Shown: positions 31,586 to 44,352, counted from the stretch's first letter. The stretch: DNA of 64,000 bases from an uncultured Actinomycetota bacterium (GCA_963699655.1 CAVOUV010000016.1:8338-72337), one strand, 5' to 3'. The notes: generated by a model from the letters alone, not told the origin. Made by a program: numbers and translations.

Positions 31586-32593
31586 ATGCGACGGATGAGA
31601 CTGCCGGTTCTGGTCGGCGCAATGTTGTTGCTATTGGCCGGGTGTGGCGGACAGCGCGGCGGCGATTCCGCCGCTTCGGAGACCGAGCCGACGGCGTGTG
31701 AAGTGACCGCCGACGCGCGTCTGAGTGTTGCGACGGGAAACACCACCGGTGTTTACTACACCCTCGGCGGCGCCTACGCCGAGGCGATAAGCCAACAGAC
31801 CGGCGGCAAATTGAAGGCGACCGCCGCGGAGACGTCCGCATCGCTGCAGAACATTCAGCAATTGGTGGCCGGCACCCACCAGGTGGCGTTCTCGTTGGCC
31901 GACACCGCCGCGGACGCAGTCAACGGCACCGCGTCGTTCTCGGAGAAACAGCCGATCGCGGCGCTGACCCGGCTGTATCCCAACTACACCCAGGTGATTG
32001 CCCTGACCGACTCCGGTATCAACTCGATCGCCGACATGCGGGGTAAGCGAGTGTCCACCGGAGCGCCGAACTCCGGCACGGAGGTGATCGCCAACCGGAT
32101 GCTGGAGGCCGCCGGACTCGACCCGGCCAAGGACATCCAGGCGCAGCGCACCGAACTCGGCAAGACCGTCGAGGGCATGAAGGACGGTTCGATCGATGCC
32201 ATGTTCTGGTCCGGCGGGCTGCCCACCGGCGGCATCACCGATCTGTTCGTCAGCCGGCGCGACGGTGTCAAATTCCTCGATGTGACAGACACGCTGCCGA
32301 AACTGAAGGAGATCAACTCCATCTACGAGCGCGGCGTCATCCCGGCCAGCACCTATCAGACACCGGCGGACGTGCCGACCGTGGTCGTGCCGAATGTGCT
32401 TCTGGTCAAAGACGATATGGACGGAAACACCGCCTGCGTGCTGACCAAGGCGCTGTTCGACCACAAGTCGGACCTGGTGAAGGCGAACAAGGCGGCCGAC
32501 GGCATCACGCTGGAGACCGCACGCCAGACCGACCCGGTACCCCTGCATCCCGGCGCCAAGAAGGCGCTCGACGAACTGGGCGCAGCCAGCTGA
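31586..32593 (+). CDS. TAXI-family TRAP solute-binding lipoprotein
   Basis: Lipobox LAGC; ATGNTTGVYY, SASLQN, RVSTGAPNSGTE, PVPLHPGA. Confidence 0.9.
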   Translation: MRRMRLPVLVGAMLLLLAGCGGQRGGDSAASETEPTACEVTADARLSVATGNTTGVYYTLGGAYAEAISQQTGGKLKATAAETSASLQNIQQLVAGTHQVAFSLADTAADAVNGTASFSEKQPIAALTRLYPNYTQVIALTDSGINSIADMRGKRVSTGAPNSGTEVIANRMLEAAGLDPAKDIQAQRTELGKTVEGMKDGSIDAMFWSGGLPTGGITDLFVSRRDGVKFLDVTDTLPKLKEINSIYERGVIPASTYQTPADVPTVVVPNVLLVKDDMDGNTACVLTKALFDHKSDLVKANKAADGITLETARQTDPVPLHPGAKKALDELGAAS

Positions 32594-34654
32594 CCGAGAG
32601 CGCTCGCGACACCGACCGGCCGGCTCCGGCCGGAGACGTCATCGCGACAACTTCCTACGAGGAAGAGAAGCCGGCCCGCCAACTGACCGGTTGGGTCAAC
32701 CATCTGGTGACCGCGGGCTGCGTCGTGATCGGGTTGTTCGCGCTGTACCAGGTGTTCTTTCCGCTCGCGGCGGGCAACCAGGTCTCGCTGATCTGGTTCC
32801 TGGCGGCGGTGCTGCCGTTGACACTGCTGTGCTATCGCTCCGGGCTGCGGCTGCGCCGTGACAAGACCGCGCCCCAGCGGGCGAACCCGACACCGATCGA
32901 CTGGCTGCTCGCGATCGTGGCGTTGGTGGTGTGCCTCTATCCGGTCACGCCCTTCGAAATCGCCGACGGCGGTGGGGGTTTCGATGAGTTCTTGAGCCGG
33001 CAGAGCACTCCGGGGACGGTCGACGTGCTCGTCGGCACGATCGTGATCGTGCTGGTCCTGGAGGCCTGCCGCCGGACCACCGGCGCCGCGCTGCCCATCG
33101 TGTGCCTGATCGCGCTCGGCTACGCCTACTACGGCGGTTACCTGCCGCAGGGAGCGGCGATCGCGCACGCCGGCGTGGACATGGAACCAGATCGTCAGCG
33201 CATCGTTCCTCCAGTCGACCGGCCTTTACGGAGTGCCGCTGGACGTGGCGGCCACCTACATCGTGCTGTTCACCATCTACGGCGCCGTGCTGGACCGTCC
33301 GGCGCCGGCAAGTTCTTCATCGATCTCTCCTTCGCCGCCTTCCGTCGGTCCCGGGCGGCGCCCGGCCGGACCGTGACACTGGCGGGATTCCTGCTGGGCA
33401 GCGTGTCCGGTTCGGGGACGGCGACGACGGTCAGCCTCGGGTCGGTGACGTGGCCGATGCTGCGCCGGGCGGGCTACCCGAGCGAGAACGGCGGGCGGAA
33501 TGCTCGCCGCCGCCGGTATCGGCGCGATCCTCTCGCCGCCGACTCTGGGCGCCGCGGCGTTCATCATCGCCGAGTACCTCGGGGTGCCGTACCTGACCGT
33601 CCTGGTGTGGGCGATCGTGCCCACGATCCTGTACTACCTCGGCATCCTGCTCGCCGTCGAGATCGACGCCAGCGCGCTACGGCACCCGTGAAGTCGACGT
33701 CGGCGCGGAATCGACCTGGCGGCTGCTGGGGCGATTCGGGTATCACCTGATCTCACTGGTGATGATCGTGGTGTTCCTGGCGATGGACATTTCGGCGATC
33801 CGGGCGGTCGTCTACGCCACCCTGGTGCAGATCGTGCTGTCGTACCTGGACCGCGAACACCGCCTGACCCCGCTGAAGCTGTACCGCGGCATTGGCCACG
33901 GGCGTGCGCGGTGTGCTCGCGGTGGCGGCGGTGTGCGCCGCCGCCGGCGTCATCGCCGCGATGATCACCCGGACCGGCCTCGGCCTGCAGCTGAATTCGA
34001 TTCTGGTGGACTCCGCCCGCTCGATCAGCGAAAACCCCACCGCTGTCCTCATTTTTACGGCGATCTTCGCCGCACTGGCGGTGTCGGTGCTCGGCCTTGC
34101 TGTCCCGGTGACCGCCTCCTTCGTGATCAGCTGGGTGATCATCGGACCGGCCCTGCAGGATCTCGGTGTCGCCGCCCCCGCCGCCGCGATGTTCGTCTTC
34201 TACTTCGCGGTGTTGTCGGAAGTAACGCCACCGACGGCGCTTGCGGCGGTCGCGGCGTCCGCGATCACCGGGGGCAGAGGTGATGGGCACCATGTGGCAG
34301 ACGTGGAAGTACACGCTGCCCGCGTTCCTGGTGCCGTTCGCGTTCGTGCTGACCGACAACGGTGAAGGCATGCTCGGCCTGCGATCGTTCCCCGACATGG
34401 TCTGGACGGCGGCGGTCGGTGGGGTGGCGGTCGGGGCGCTGGCGGTGGTCACCGGTGGGTGGCTCATTCACCGGGCGGGCTGGCCCGAGCGGTTGCTGTG
34501 CGTGCCGGCCGCCGCGCTGCTGCTCTACCTCCACCCGATCACGATGGCGGTGGGCGCCGGTCTGCTCGCGGTGGCCGTGGCACTGAACCTGTTCCGCTCG
34601 GCTGACCGGTCAGGCGAGCGACCAGACGGTGATGACGCGGAGAATCACGAATAG
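32590..34654 (+). CDS. TRAP transporter fused 4TM/12TM permease, about six frameshifts
   Basis: Fragments LVLEACRRTTG, GAGKFFIDL, GSVSGSGTA, PPTLGAAAFIIAEYL, FVFYFAVLSEVTPP, KYTLPAFLVPFAF in successive frames; start codon uncertain. Confidence 0.82.
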
Positions 34655-35076
34655 ACCGGCGCCAGGTCGACAAAAATTCGGTAGTCATCGATCTTCGTAG
34701 CGGCGTTCGTGTGGTAAGTCGTCGCCGAGGGAATGGTGACCTCTGTGCCGTCGAGACGTCGGTAGGTGACATCGAGTTGAGCGATCGTGTACGCCTGCGC
34801 CGTCCATGTATTGACCAGAACATGGCGCAGGCCGGCGATTGTCGTATAGAACTCACTGACGCCGGCGGTGATATTCCCACGTCCGATCATGGGTTCGGCA
34901 TTGCCGAAGGTCAACCGAGCGTCGTCGGCGAGGAGTTCGCCGAACTCACTCGCGTCCATCGCATCGACGACGGCGAAGACGCGGTCGGGTTGAGGATTCG
35001 TCTGATGAGTCGGGGACACATTTACCAGAGGACGCAGTGCCGTTCGGGTGTCAGCCACCGTGGCATGAATTCGCAT
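34645..35076 (-). CDS. SnoaL/NTF2-like protein
   Basis: VFAVVDAMD...LTFGNAEP...IDDYRIFVDLAPVY; the start may be downstream. Confidence 0.75.
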   Translation of the reverse strand: MRIHATVADTRTALRPLVNVSPTHQTNPQPDRVFAVVDAMDASEFGELLADDARLTFGNAEPMIGRGNITAGVSEFYTTIAGLRHVLVNTWTAQAYTIAQLDVTYRRLDGTEVTIPSATTYHTNAATKIDDYRIFVDLAPVYS

Positions 35077-35096
35077 GAGTGCGCGTCATAGAAGAT

Positions 35097-35711
35097 ATGG
35101 CCGTCAAACCCATCCGGGTCCTCGGAGACCCGATCCTGCACCAGCCCGCCGACCGGGTCGAAACCCGCAGTGATGGCTCACTTCCCGATTACGTCGACGG
35201 GGTGGTCGCCGACATGTACGACACGCTGACTGCTTCGGGAGGTGTCGCCCTGGCTGCGCCGCAGATCGGGGTGGGCCTTCGGATCTTCGTCTATGACTGC
35301 CCCGAAGAGCGCGGACAGTCACCGCGGCGCCGTGGTGCCGTGGTGAACCCGGTTCTCGAGAAGTCTGAAACTCCCCAGCTTTCGCCGCATCCCGATAACG
35401 ACAGGGAGGGGTGTCTATCGGCGCCCGGCGTGATGTTTCCCATTGCTCGGGCCGACTGGGCCCGCGTCATCGGCGTGAACCTCGACGGCACGAAAGTGGA
35501 CATGCCGGCCCGCGGTTTGATCGCACGAATGTTTCAACATGAAATCGCCCATTTGGACGGTGTGATGTACCTGGACCAACTGGTCGCGCCGTACGACGAA
35601 CAGGCTCGACGATGTGTCGGTTCCAACGGCTGGGGGATTCCCGGCTTGTCGTGGACCCCTGGTGTGGGGCCGGATCCGTTTGAAGGCCTTCGCAGCCCGC
35701 CGTCGACCTGA
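35097..35711 (+). CDS. def: Peptide deformylase (probable extra paralog)
   Basis: GVALAAPQIG, EGCLS, QHEIAHLDG; mycobacterial RRR insertion. Confidence 0.9.
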   Translation: MAVKPIRVLGDPILHQPADRVETRSDGSLPDYVDGVVADMYDTLTASGGVALAAPQIGVGLRIFVYDCPEERGQSPRRRGAVVNPVLEKSETPQLSPHPDNDREGCLSAPGVMFPIARADWARVIGVNLDGTKVDMPARGLIARMFQHEIAHLDGVMYLDQLVAPYDEQARRCVGSNGWGIPGLSWTPGVGPDPFEGLRSPPST

Positions 35712-36161
35712 TCATCGCTCGCAGACGACCAGCGGAATCACCCGATCCGCCGCCTCTCGATAGCTCCGGTACGGCGGATACATCCTGATCAGCTTGGGCC
35801 AGTATGTTTTTCGCTCGTCGTCGGTGGCATCACGTGCGACGAGATCGAGGTGCTGGCCACGAATCTGGATGTGCACCTTGGGATCCTCTTTCAAGTTGCG
35901 GTACCAGCTGGGGTTGCTGGCGCGGCCGCCGAATGACGCCGGGAGTATCACCCGCTCGGCCTCGCGCAGATACAGCGTGGGGGTGGTGCGCTGCCTGCCC
36001 GTCTTACGGCCGGTCGTGGTGATCAAGGCGGCGGGAAACCACAGCAGCTTCGCCCCCAGCCGCCCGTCGGTGCGCTGATAGGTCCAGATATGCGCACGTG
36101 CGAAGTACTTCATCAGCAGCACGAGAACGCGCGAATTCCTGATCCGTCGCCGCTGCGTCAT
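35712..36161 (-). CDS. F420H2-dependent deazaflavin nitroreductase family protein (Ddn paralog)
   Basis: [19 protein letters not shown]...PSWYRNL, YPPYRSY...RVIPLVVC. Confidence 0.88.
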   Translation of the reverse strand: MTQRRRIRNSRVLVLLMKYFARAHIWTYQRTDGRLGAKLLWFPAALITTTGRKTGRQRTTPTLYLREAERVILPASFGGRASNPSWYRNLKEDPKVHIQIRGQHLDLVARDATDDERKTYWPKLIRMYPPYRSYREAADRVIPLVVCER

Positions 36162-36195
36162 ACCGCATGACTTGCCGCGATCGGCGACGCGCAAA

Positions 36196-36933
36196 CTATT
36201 TCTTCAGGCGACGGCTTCCGCCGTGCCAGTCCTCTTCGATGCCCGTCGACGCCTCGTCGACGCCGAAGCTGGCCAGCTGGGGTCGTTCCCGCAGGCTGCG
36301 CTTGAGCTCGGCGAATCCGGCGAAACCGGCGAGGCCGACGATGTGGTCCCAGAGTCGGCCGGCGTCGTCGGGGCTCGGCAGCCGGCTGATCACGGGGCCG
36401 AAGAACGCCGTGCCGCCGGGCGGTTGGAAGTGCAGGATCGGTGTGCCGACGTCGCGCCCGGTCAGCGCCAGCGCCTCCTCGGTCTCGGCGCGGATCTCGT
36501 CGTCGAGTGTCTCGTCGTCGAGTGCGTCGGCGAGATCCGCGGGCAGGCCCGCCGCACGCAACAAGGGTTCGACCGTGCCTCGCTCCGCCCGGCCCTTCGC
36601 CGAGAGCGGCTCGACGTCGCGGGAGGTGTCGAAGATGCGGGTGCCGAACGCCTCGTACAGCGGCCCCATCGCGTCGCGGCCGTGTTCGGCGCGGGCCCGC
36701 GCGGCCACCCGCAGCAGCCGCAGGCCGGCGGTGTGCCCGTCTTCGTAGTCCTCGGGGAAGTGCGCCGCGTAGTCCACTTTGGCGTTGACGATCCGCAGCG
36801 AGATGAACCGCCAGTCCACCCGGTACTCCCGCTGGGCGGCCACCATCCGCACCCATTTGCTCGTCATCCAGGCGAACGGGCACACCGGGTCGAAGTAGAA
36901 GTGCAGGTCTGCGGAGATCGGGTCGGAAGTCAT
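36196..36933 (-). CDS. DsbA-like thioredoxin-fold protein (Rv2466c-like mycothiol-dependent reductase family)
   Basis: FYFDPVCPFAWMTSKW, DVGTPI, AFFGPVISRLP, FAELKRS. Confidence 0.82.
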   Translation of the reverse strand: MTSDPISADLHFYFDPVCPFAWMTSKWVRMVAAQREYRVDWRFISLRIVNAKVDYAAHFPEDYEDGHTAGLRLLRVAARARAEHGRDAMGPLYEAFGTRIFDTSRDVEPLSAKGRAERGTVEPLLRAAGLPADLADALDDETLDDEIRAETEEALALTGRDVGTPILHFQPPGGTAFFGPVISRLPSPDDAGRLWDHIVGLAGFAGFAELKRSLRERPQLASFGVDEASTGIEEDWHGGSRRLKK

Positions 36934-36961
36934 ACCCCAATTGTGCCAATGCCAGGGTTGC

Positions 36962-37714
36962 TCACGACACGATGAACCGGTGTACGGCAGCCGCAACCTC
37001 GTCGGGGCAGTCCTCCTGGACAAAGTGCTTGCCGGGCAACAGGGTTGCGTCGTCGACGCCGGCTGCCAGCTGGGCCTGCACCCCGTATCGGCGCCACGGG
37101 AGCATCCGGTCCCGCTCGCCCCAGACGATCTGTACCGGGTAGGGCGTGTTGCGCACCGCATCCAGATAGCGGCGCCGATCCGCGGCCGTCAGCTGAAAGC
37201 CCCGCATGATCTTCAGGAATGCCCGTCCGTTGTCCTCTCCGAACAGCAACGGCAGCCAGCAGGCGATTTCGGCGGTGGGGGACGTGCCGGCTCACCCCGA
37301 CCAATCGCATGATCGCCGCGAACGCGCCGGGCACCCGCAGCGACTGAAGCCACGCCTCGCCGAGCCCGCGGAAGGCGTCCACCGCGATGATCGTGTTCAG
37401 CAGCGTCATCGACAGCACCCGCTCGGGTGCGGCGTGGGCGAGTTCAAAGCCGATCGGTCCGCCGATATCGTGCACGACGAGGTGGAATCGAGACCGGGCA
37501 GGTCGACCGCGATCCCGCGCAGGCCCCCGTCGGCCAGGGCGGTCACCACCTTGCGATAGACGTACGCCGACGCAGGCACCCCGTGCACGCACAGCACCGC
37601 CGGAGCGTCGCGCGCGCCGTGGTCGAGCAGGAACGATGAGATGCCGCCAGCGGTGAAGGTCTGCCCCGACGCTCGATATGCGCTCAGCAATCGCCCAACT
37701 TCTGGTGAAGTCAT
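36962..37714 (-). pseudogene. Alpha/beta hydrolase (haloalkane-dehalogenase-like), frameshifted with an apparent internal deletion
   Basis: HGVPASAY...DLPGL, then LVVHDIGG in another frame with almost no intervening sequence; WGERD and KHFVQED in a third frame. Confidence 0.75.
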
Positions 37715-37768
37715 GTTGATGTAACGAATTCCATTCGGCAGGTCATACCGTGGCCGGGTGCCCGCCCA

Positions 37769-39793
<2,025 letters not shown>

Positions 39794-39794
39794 C

Positions 39795-39808
39795 TAGAAC
39801 ACGTTTCA
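39795..39808. promoter_or_regulatory. KstR operator 1
   Basis: TAGAACACGTTTCA matches TnnAACnnGTTnnA. Confidence 0.9.
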
Positions 39809-39873
39809 TAACTCTGACAAGCTGTGATGCCTCCACGCCTTTGATCTGCGGTTGAGCCGTGTTTTACTGGCAC

Positions 39874-39887
39874 TAGAACACGTTGCA
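39874..39887. promoter_or_regulatory. KstR operator 2
   Basis: TAGAACACGTTGCA matches TnnAACnnGTTnnA. Confidence 0.9.
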
Positions 39888-39905
39888 ATTGAGGAGACCA
39901 ATTTT

Positions 39906-41156
39906 ATGGCACCCCCCAATCTTCCGGCTGACTTCGACTTCCTCGACCCCGACGTCAACCTTGCCGGGCTGCCCGTCGAGGAGCTGGCCGAGCTCCGTGC
40001 GGCCGAACCGATTCACTGGGTGGACGTGCCCGACGGCACGGGTGGCTTCGAGGACAAGGGTTACTGGATCGTCTCCAAGCATGCCGATGTCAAAGAGGTG
40101 TCCAAGCGTAACGACGTCTTCTCGAGCTGGCTGAACGGTGCGATCCCGGTCTGGCCGCCTGAGATGAACCGTGAGCAGGTCGAGCTGCAGCGCAGCGTCA
40201 TGCTCAACATGGACGCGCCGCACCACACCCGGTTGCGCAAGATCATCTCCCGGGGGTTCACGCCAAGGGCCATCGGACGGCTGGAGGAGGAACTCGCCCA
40301 GCGTTCCCAGAACATCGCCAAGTCCGCGGCCGCCGAGGGCAGCGGCGATTTCGTCGAGCAGGTGTCGTGCGAGCTTCCGCTGCAGGCCATCGCCGGCCTT
40401 CTCGGTGTTCCACAGGACGACCGGGACAAGCTCTTCCGCTGGTCCAACGAGATGACCGGCGGCACGGACCCCGAGTACGCCGACGTCGATCCCGCGCAGT
40501 CGTCGATGGAACTGATCATGTACGCGATGGCCATGGCCGACGAGCGCGGTAAGAACCCGACCGACGACATCGTCACCACCCTGATCCAGGCCGACATCGA
40601 CGGCGAGAAGCTCTCCGACGACGAGTTCGGCTTCTTCGTCATCATGCTTGCCGTGGCCGGCAACGAGACGACCCGCAACTCGATCACCCACGGCATGATC
40701 GCCTTCGCGAACAACCCGGACCAGTGGGAGCTGTTCAAGAACGAGCGCCCGTCGACCGCGGCCGACGAGATCATCCGCTGGGCCACCCCGGTTTCGGCGT
40801 TCCAGCGCACCGCCAGCGAAGACGTCGAACTGAGCGGGGTCACCATCAAGAAGGGCCAGCGAGTGGTGATGTCCTACCGATCGGCCAACTTCGACGACGA
40901 GGTCTTCGAGGACCCGCACAGCTTCAACATCCTGCGCGACCCGAACCCGCACGTCGGCTTCGGCGGCACGGGCGCGCACTACTGCATCGGCGCGAACCTG
41001 GCCAGGATGACGATCAACTTGATCTTCAACGCGGTCGCCGATCACATGCCCGATATCAAGCCCATCGGCCAACCCGAGCGGCTACGGTCGGGTTGGCTCA
41101 ACGGGATCAAGCACTGGCAGGTCGACTACACCGGCAAGGGTGCAGTCGCCTCGTAG
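39906..41156 (+). CDS. cyp125: Steroid C26-monooxygenase CYP125
   Basis: AGNETT, EIIR, FGGTGAHYCIG heme motif; first gene of the igr operon. Confidence 0.95.
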   Translation: MAPPNLPADFDFLDPDVNLAGLPVEELAELRAAEPIHWVDVPDGTGGFEDKGYWIVSKHADVKEVSKRNDVFSSWLNGAIPVWPPEMNREQVELQRSVMLNMDAPHHTRLRKIISRGFTPRAIGRLEEELAQRSQNIAKSAAAEGSGDFVEQVSCELPLQAIAGLLGVPQDDRDKLFRWSNEMTGGTDPEYADVDPAQSSMELIMYAMAMADERGKNPTDDIVTTLIQADIDGEKLSDDEFGFFVIMLAVAGNETTRNSITHGMIAFANNPDQWELFKNERPSTAADEIIRWATPVSAFQRTASEDVELSGVTIKKGQRVVMSYRSANFDDEVFEDPHSFNILRDPNPHVGFGGTGAHYCIGANLARMTINLIFNAVADHMPDIKPIGQPERLRSGWLNGIKHWQVDYTGKGAVAS

Positions 41157-41216
41157 GGCGCACACTTCACCAGAATCATCGTGCGCGGAGCGCACATCGG
41201 ATCAAGGAGGATTCGG

Positions 41217-42236
41217 GTGGACTTCAGTCCAGACGAAGGGCAGCAGGCTGTCGCCGATGTGGTGACGTCGGTGCTGGAACGGGACAACGGCTGGGAGGCG
41301 CTGGTCGCCGGAGGGGTGTCGGCGCTGGCCGTGCCCGAACGCCTCGGCGGTGACGGCGTGGGACTCTCCGAGATCGCCACGGCGCTCGTCGAGATCGGCA
41401 GACACGGCACCATCAGTCCTGCGCTGGCCACCCTGGGGATGGGCACCGCCGTCCTGCTGGATCTGGCCACCGATGCCCAGCAGGACCGCTACCTCGCCGG
41501 AGTCGCCAAGGGCTCGGTGCTGACGGCCGCGCTCAACGAACCGGGTGTTGCGCTGCCGGACCGCCCCGCAGCGACTTTCGCGGGCGGCAAACTGAACGGC
41601 ACCAAGGTCGCGGTTCCGTATGCGGGGCAGGCGGATTGGATCGTCGTGACGGCCGACAGCGGCGTGGTGGTGGTGTCGCCGACGGCCGACGGTGTGCAGG
41701 TGACCAAGACGCCGACGTCCAACCACGGCGATGAGTACACCGTAACGTTCACCGACGTGGCGGTGAGCGACGATGACGTGCTGTCCGGCGCTCAACCGCA
41801 TCGGGCGAATCAACTGGCGCTGGCCGCGATCGGCGCGTTCGCGTCCGGTCTCGTCGCCGGTGCGTTGCGCCTGACCGCCGACTATGTGGCCAACCGTCAG
41901 CAGTTCGGCAAGCCGCTGTCGACGTTCCAGACGGTCGCCACGCAGCTCGCAGAGGTCTACATCGCCTCGCGCACACTGACATTGGTAAGCACATCGGTCG
42001 TGTGGCGGCTCGCCGAGGGCCGTGATGCCGACGGCGACCTCGACATCCTGGGTTACTGGCTGGCCTCCCAGGCGCCTCCGGTGATGCAGATCTGTCACCA
42101 CCTGCACGGCGGCATGGGTATGGACATCGCCTACCCGATGGACCGCTACTACTCCACGGTCAAGGACCTGACCCGGCTGGTGGGCGGTCCATCACACCGC
42201 CTCGATCTGGTGGGAGCGCAATGTTCATCGAATTGA
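41217..42236 (+). CDS. fadE28: Acyl-CoA dehydrogenase FadE28/ChsE1
   Basis: RQQFGKPLSTFQ, HHLHGGMGMD; igr synteny. Confidence 0.9.
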   Translation: MDFSPDEGQQAVADVVTSVLERDNGWEALVAGGVSALAVPERLGGDGVGLSEIATALVEIGRHGTISPALATLGMGTAVLLDLATDAQQDRYLAGVAKGSVLTAALNEPGVALPDRPAATFAGGKLNGTKVAVPYAGQADWIVVTADSGVVVVSPTADGVQVTKTPTSNHGDEYTVTFTDVAVSDDDVLSGAQPHRANQLALAAIGAFASGLVAGALRLTADYVANRQQFGKPLSTFQTVATQLAEVYIASRTLTLVSTSVVWRLAEGRDADGDLDILGYWLASQAPPVMQICHHLHGGMGMDIAYPMDRYYSTVKDLTRLVGGPSHRLDLVGAQCSSN

Positions 42237-43384
42237 CCCCCGAGCAGAAGCAACTGCAAGCCGAACTGCGGCAGTACTTCTCGAACCTCATCTCGCCCGA
42301 AGAGGCCAAGGAGATGGAGAAGGACCGCCACGGCAAGGCGTACCGCGCGGTGATCAAGCGCATGGGTTCGGACGGAAAGCTGGGCGTCGGCTGGCCAAAG
42401 GAGTTCGGCGGGCTGGGCTTCGGCCCCATCGAGCAGTCGATCTTCGTCAACGAGGCGCACCGTGCCGACGTGCCGCTGCCCGCCGTCACGCTGCAGACCG
42501 TCGGGCCGACATTGCAGGCGTACGGAACCGAACTGCAGAAGAAGAAGTTCTTGCCGGGCATCCTCGCCGGCGAGGTGCACTTCGCGATCGGGTATACCGA
42601 GCCCGAGGCGGGCACCGACCTCGCATCGCTGCGGACCACCGCGATACGTCAGGGTGACGAGTACATCGTCAACGGCCAGAAGGTGTTCACCACCGGCGGA
42701 CATGACGCCGACTTCGTCTGGCTGGCATGCCGCACCGATCCCGAAGCCACCAAGCACAAGGGCATCTCGATGCTCATCGTGGACACTACCGATCCCGGTT
42801 ATTCGTGGACGCCGATGATCCTGTCCGACGGTGCGCACCACACCAACGCCACGTATTACAACGACGTGCGGGTGCCCGCCGAGATGCTCGTCGGCGAGGA
42901 GAACGGTGGCTGGCGACTGATCACCACGCAGCTCAACAACGAGCGGGTGATGCTGGGGCCCGCCGGCCGGTTCGCGGCCCTGTACGACCGGATACACGCG
43001 TGGGCGTCCAAGCCCGGAAGCAACGGAGACATTCCGCTCGACCACGACGACGTCAAACGGTCGCTCGGTGAACTGAAAGCCATGTGGCGCATCAATGAGC
43101 TGCTCAACTGGCAGGTGGCGGCGTCGGGGGAGACCATCGACGTCGCCGATGCGGCGGCGACCAAAGTGTTCGGCACCGAACGCATTCAATACGCTGGGCG
43201 GCTGGCCGAGGAGATCGTCGGAACGCACGGCAATCCGGCGGATCCGGACACGGCCGAAATGCTCGAATGGCTCGACAGCCAGACCAAGCGCAACCTGGTC
43301 ATCACGTTCGGTGGAGGTGTCAACGAAGTCATGCGGGAGATGATCGCGGCGGCGGGGCTGAAGGTTCCGAGGGTTCCACGGTGA
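42221..43384 (+). CDS. fadE29: Acyl-CoA dehydrogenase FadE29/ChsE2
   Basis: IGYTEPEAGTDLA, TFGGGVNEVMRE; igr synteny. Confidence 0.92.
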   Translation: MFIELTPEQKQLQAELRQYFSNLISPEEAKEMEKDRHGKAYRAVIKRMGSDGKLGVGWPKEFGGLGFGPIEQSIFVNEAHRADVPLPAVTLQTVGPTLQAYGTELQKKKFLPGILAGEVHFAIGYTEPEAGTDLASLRTTAIRQGDEYIVNGQKVFTTGGHDADFVWLACRTDPEATKHKGISMLIVDTTDPGYSWTPMILSDGAHHTNATYYNDVRVPAEMLVGEENGGWRLITTQLNNERVMLGPAGRFAALYDRIHAWASKPGSNGDIPLDHDDVKRSLGELKAMWRINELLNWQVAASGETIDVADAAATKVFGTERIQYAGRLAEEIVGTHGNPADPDTAEMLEWLDSQTKRNLVITFGGGVNEVMREMIAAAGLKVPRVPR

Positions 43385-44352
43385 CCACGACGGACGACAT
43401 CAAGGCCGCGGCCGAGCGGATCAAGGCCGAGGGCAGGAGTAAGCCGCGAACCGGCCGGCATCCGGTGAACCAGCCCATGGTCGATCACTGGCTCGATGCG
43501 ATGGGCGACACGAATCCCATCTACGTCGACGACGCGGCGGCCAGGGCGGCAGGCCATCCCGGCGTCGTCGCGCCGCCCGCGATGATCCAGGTGTGGACCA
43601 TGATGGGGCTCGGCGGCGTCCGTCCGGACGACGATCCGCTGGGCAAGATCCTCGAATTGTTCGACGAGGCAGGCTACATCGGGGTCGTGGCGACCAACTG
43701 CGAGCAGACCTACCACCGCTACCTGCGGCCCGGTGAAGAAGTCAGCGTCGCGGCCGAGCTGACCGATGTTGTCGGCCCGAAACGGACCGCGCTCGGCGAG
43801 GGATTCTTCGTCACGCAGAGGATCACCTGGCAGGTCGGCGACGAGGATATCGCCGAGATGATGTGGCGCATCATGAAATTCCGGCCGGCCGACAGTGACG
43901 CGGCCGGGGCGCAGGTGCCCGACGACCTCGACGCCGCGTCGATGATGCGGCCGGCGTCGTCGCGCGATACCAAGTTCTTCTGGGACGGTGTCAACGCACA
44001 CGAACTGCGCATTCAGAAGCGCCAGGACGGCAGCCTCCAACATCCACCGGTGCCCGCGATCTGGCAGGACCACAACGACGATGTGACGCCGTCCGATTAT
44101 CTCGTCGCCAGCGGTAGGGGCACGGTGTTCAGCTTCGTCGTACACCACGCCCCCAAGGTCCCCGGCCGCACGCTGCCGTTCGTGGTCGCACTGGTGGAAC
44201 TCGAAGAAGGAGTGCGGATGCTGGGCGAGCTCCGCGACGTCGACCCGTCACACGTGGAGATCGGAATGCCAGTGCGCACAACGTATATCGATTTTCCGGA
44301 GAGCGAATCGGGTCCGGCATGGACACTGTACGCCTGGGAGCCGGAAGCGTGA
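43381..44352 (+). CDS. chsH2: MaoC-like hydratase plus DUF35/OB-fold, ChsH2 (Rv3542c)
   Basis: NPIY...APPAMIQVW; FFWDG...LRIQ; VELEEGVRM. Confidence 0.9.
   Translation: MTTTDDIKAAAERIKAEGRSKPRTGRHPVNQPMVDHWLDAMGDTNPIYVDDAAARAAGHPGVVAPPAMIQVWTMMGLGGVRPDDDPLGKILELFDEAGYIGVVATNCEQTYHRYLRPGEEVSVAAELTDVVGPKRTALGEGFFVTQRITWQVGDEDIAEMMWRIMKFRPADSDAAGAQVPDDLDAASMMRPASSRDTKFFWDGVNAHELRIQKRQDGSLQHPPVPAIWQDHNDDVTPSDYLVASGRGTVFSFVVHHAPKVPGRTLPFVVALVELEEGVRMLGELRDVDPSHVEIGMPVRTTYIDFPESESGPAWTLYAWEPEA

Noticed and set aside
41181-41195. Hairpin GTGCGC-GGA-GCGCAC between cyp125 and fadE28
   Set aside because: Too short to assign; probably a small intergenic palindrome or mRNA-stability element
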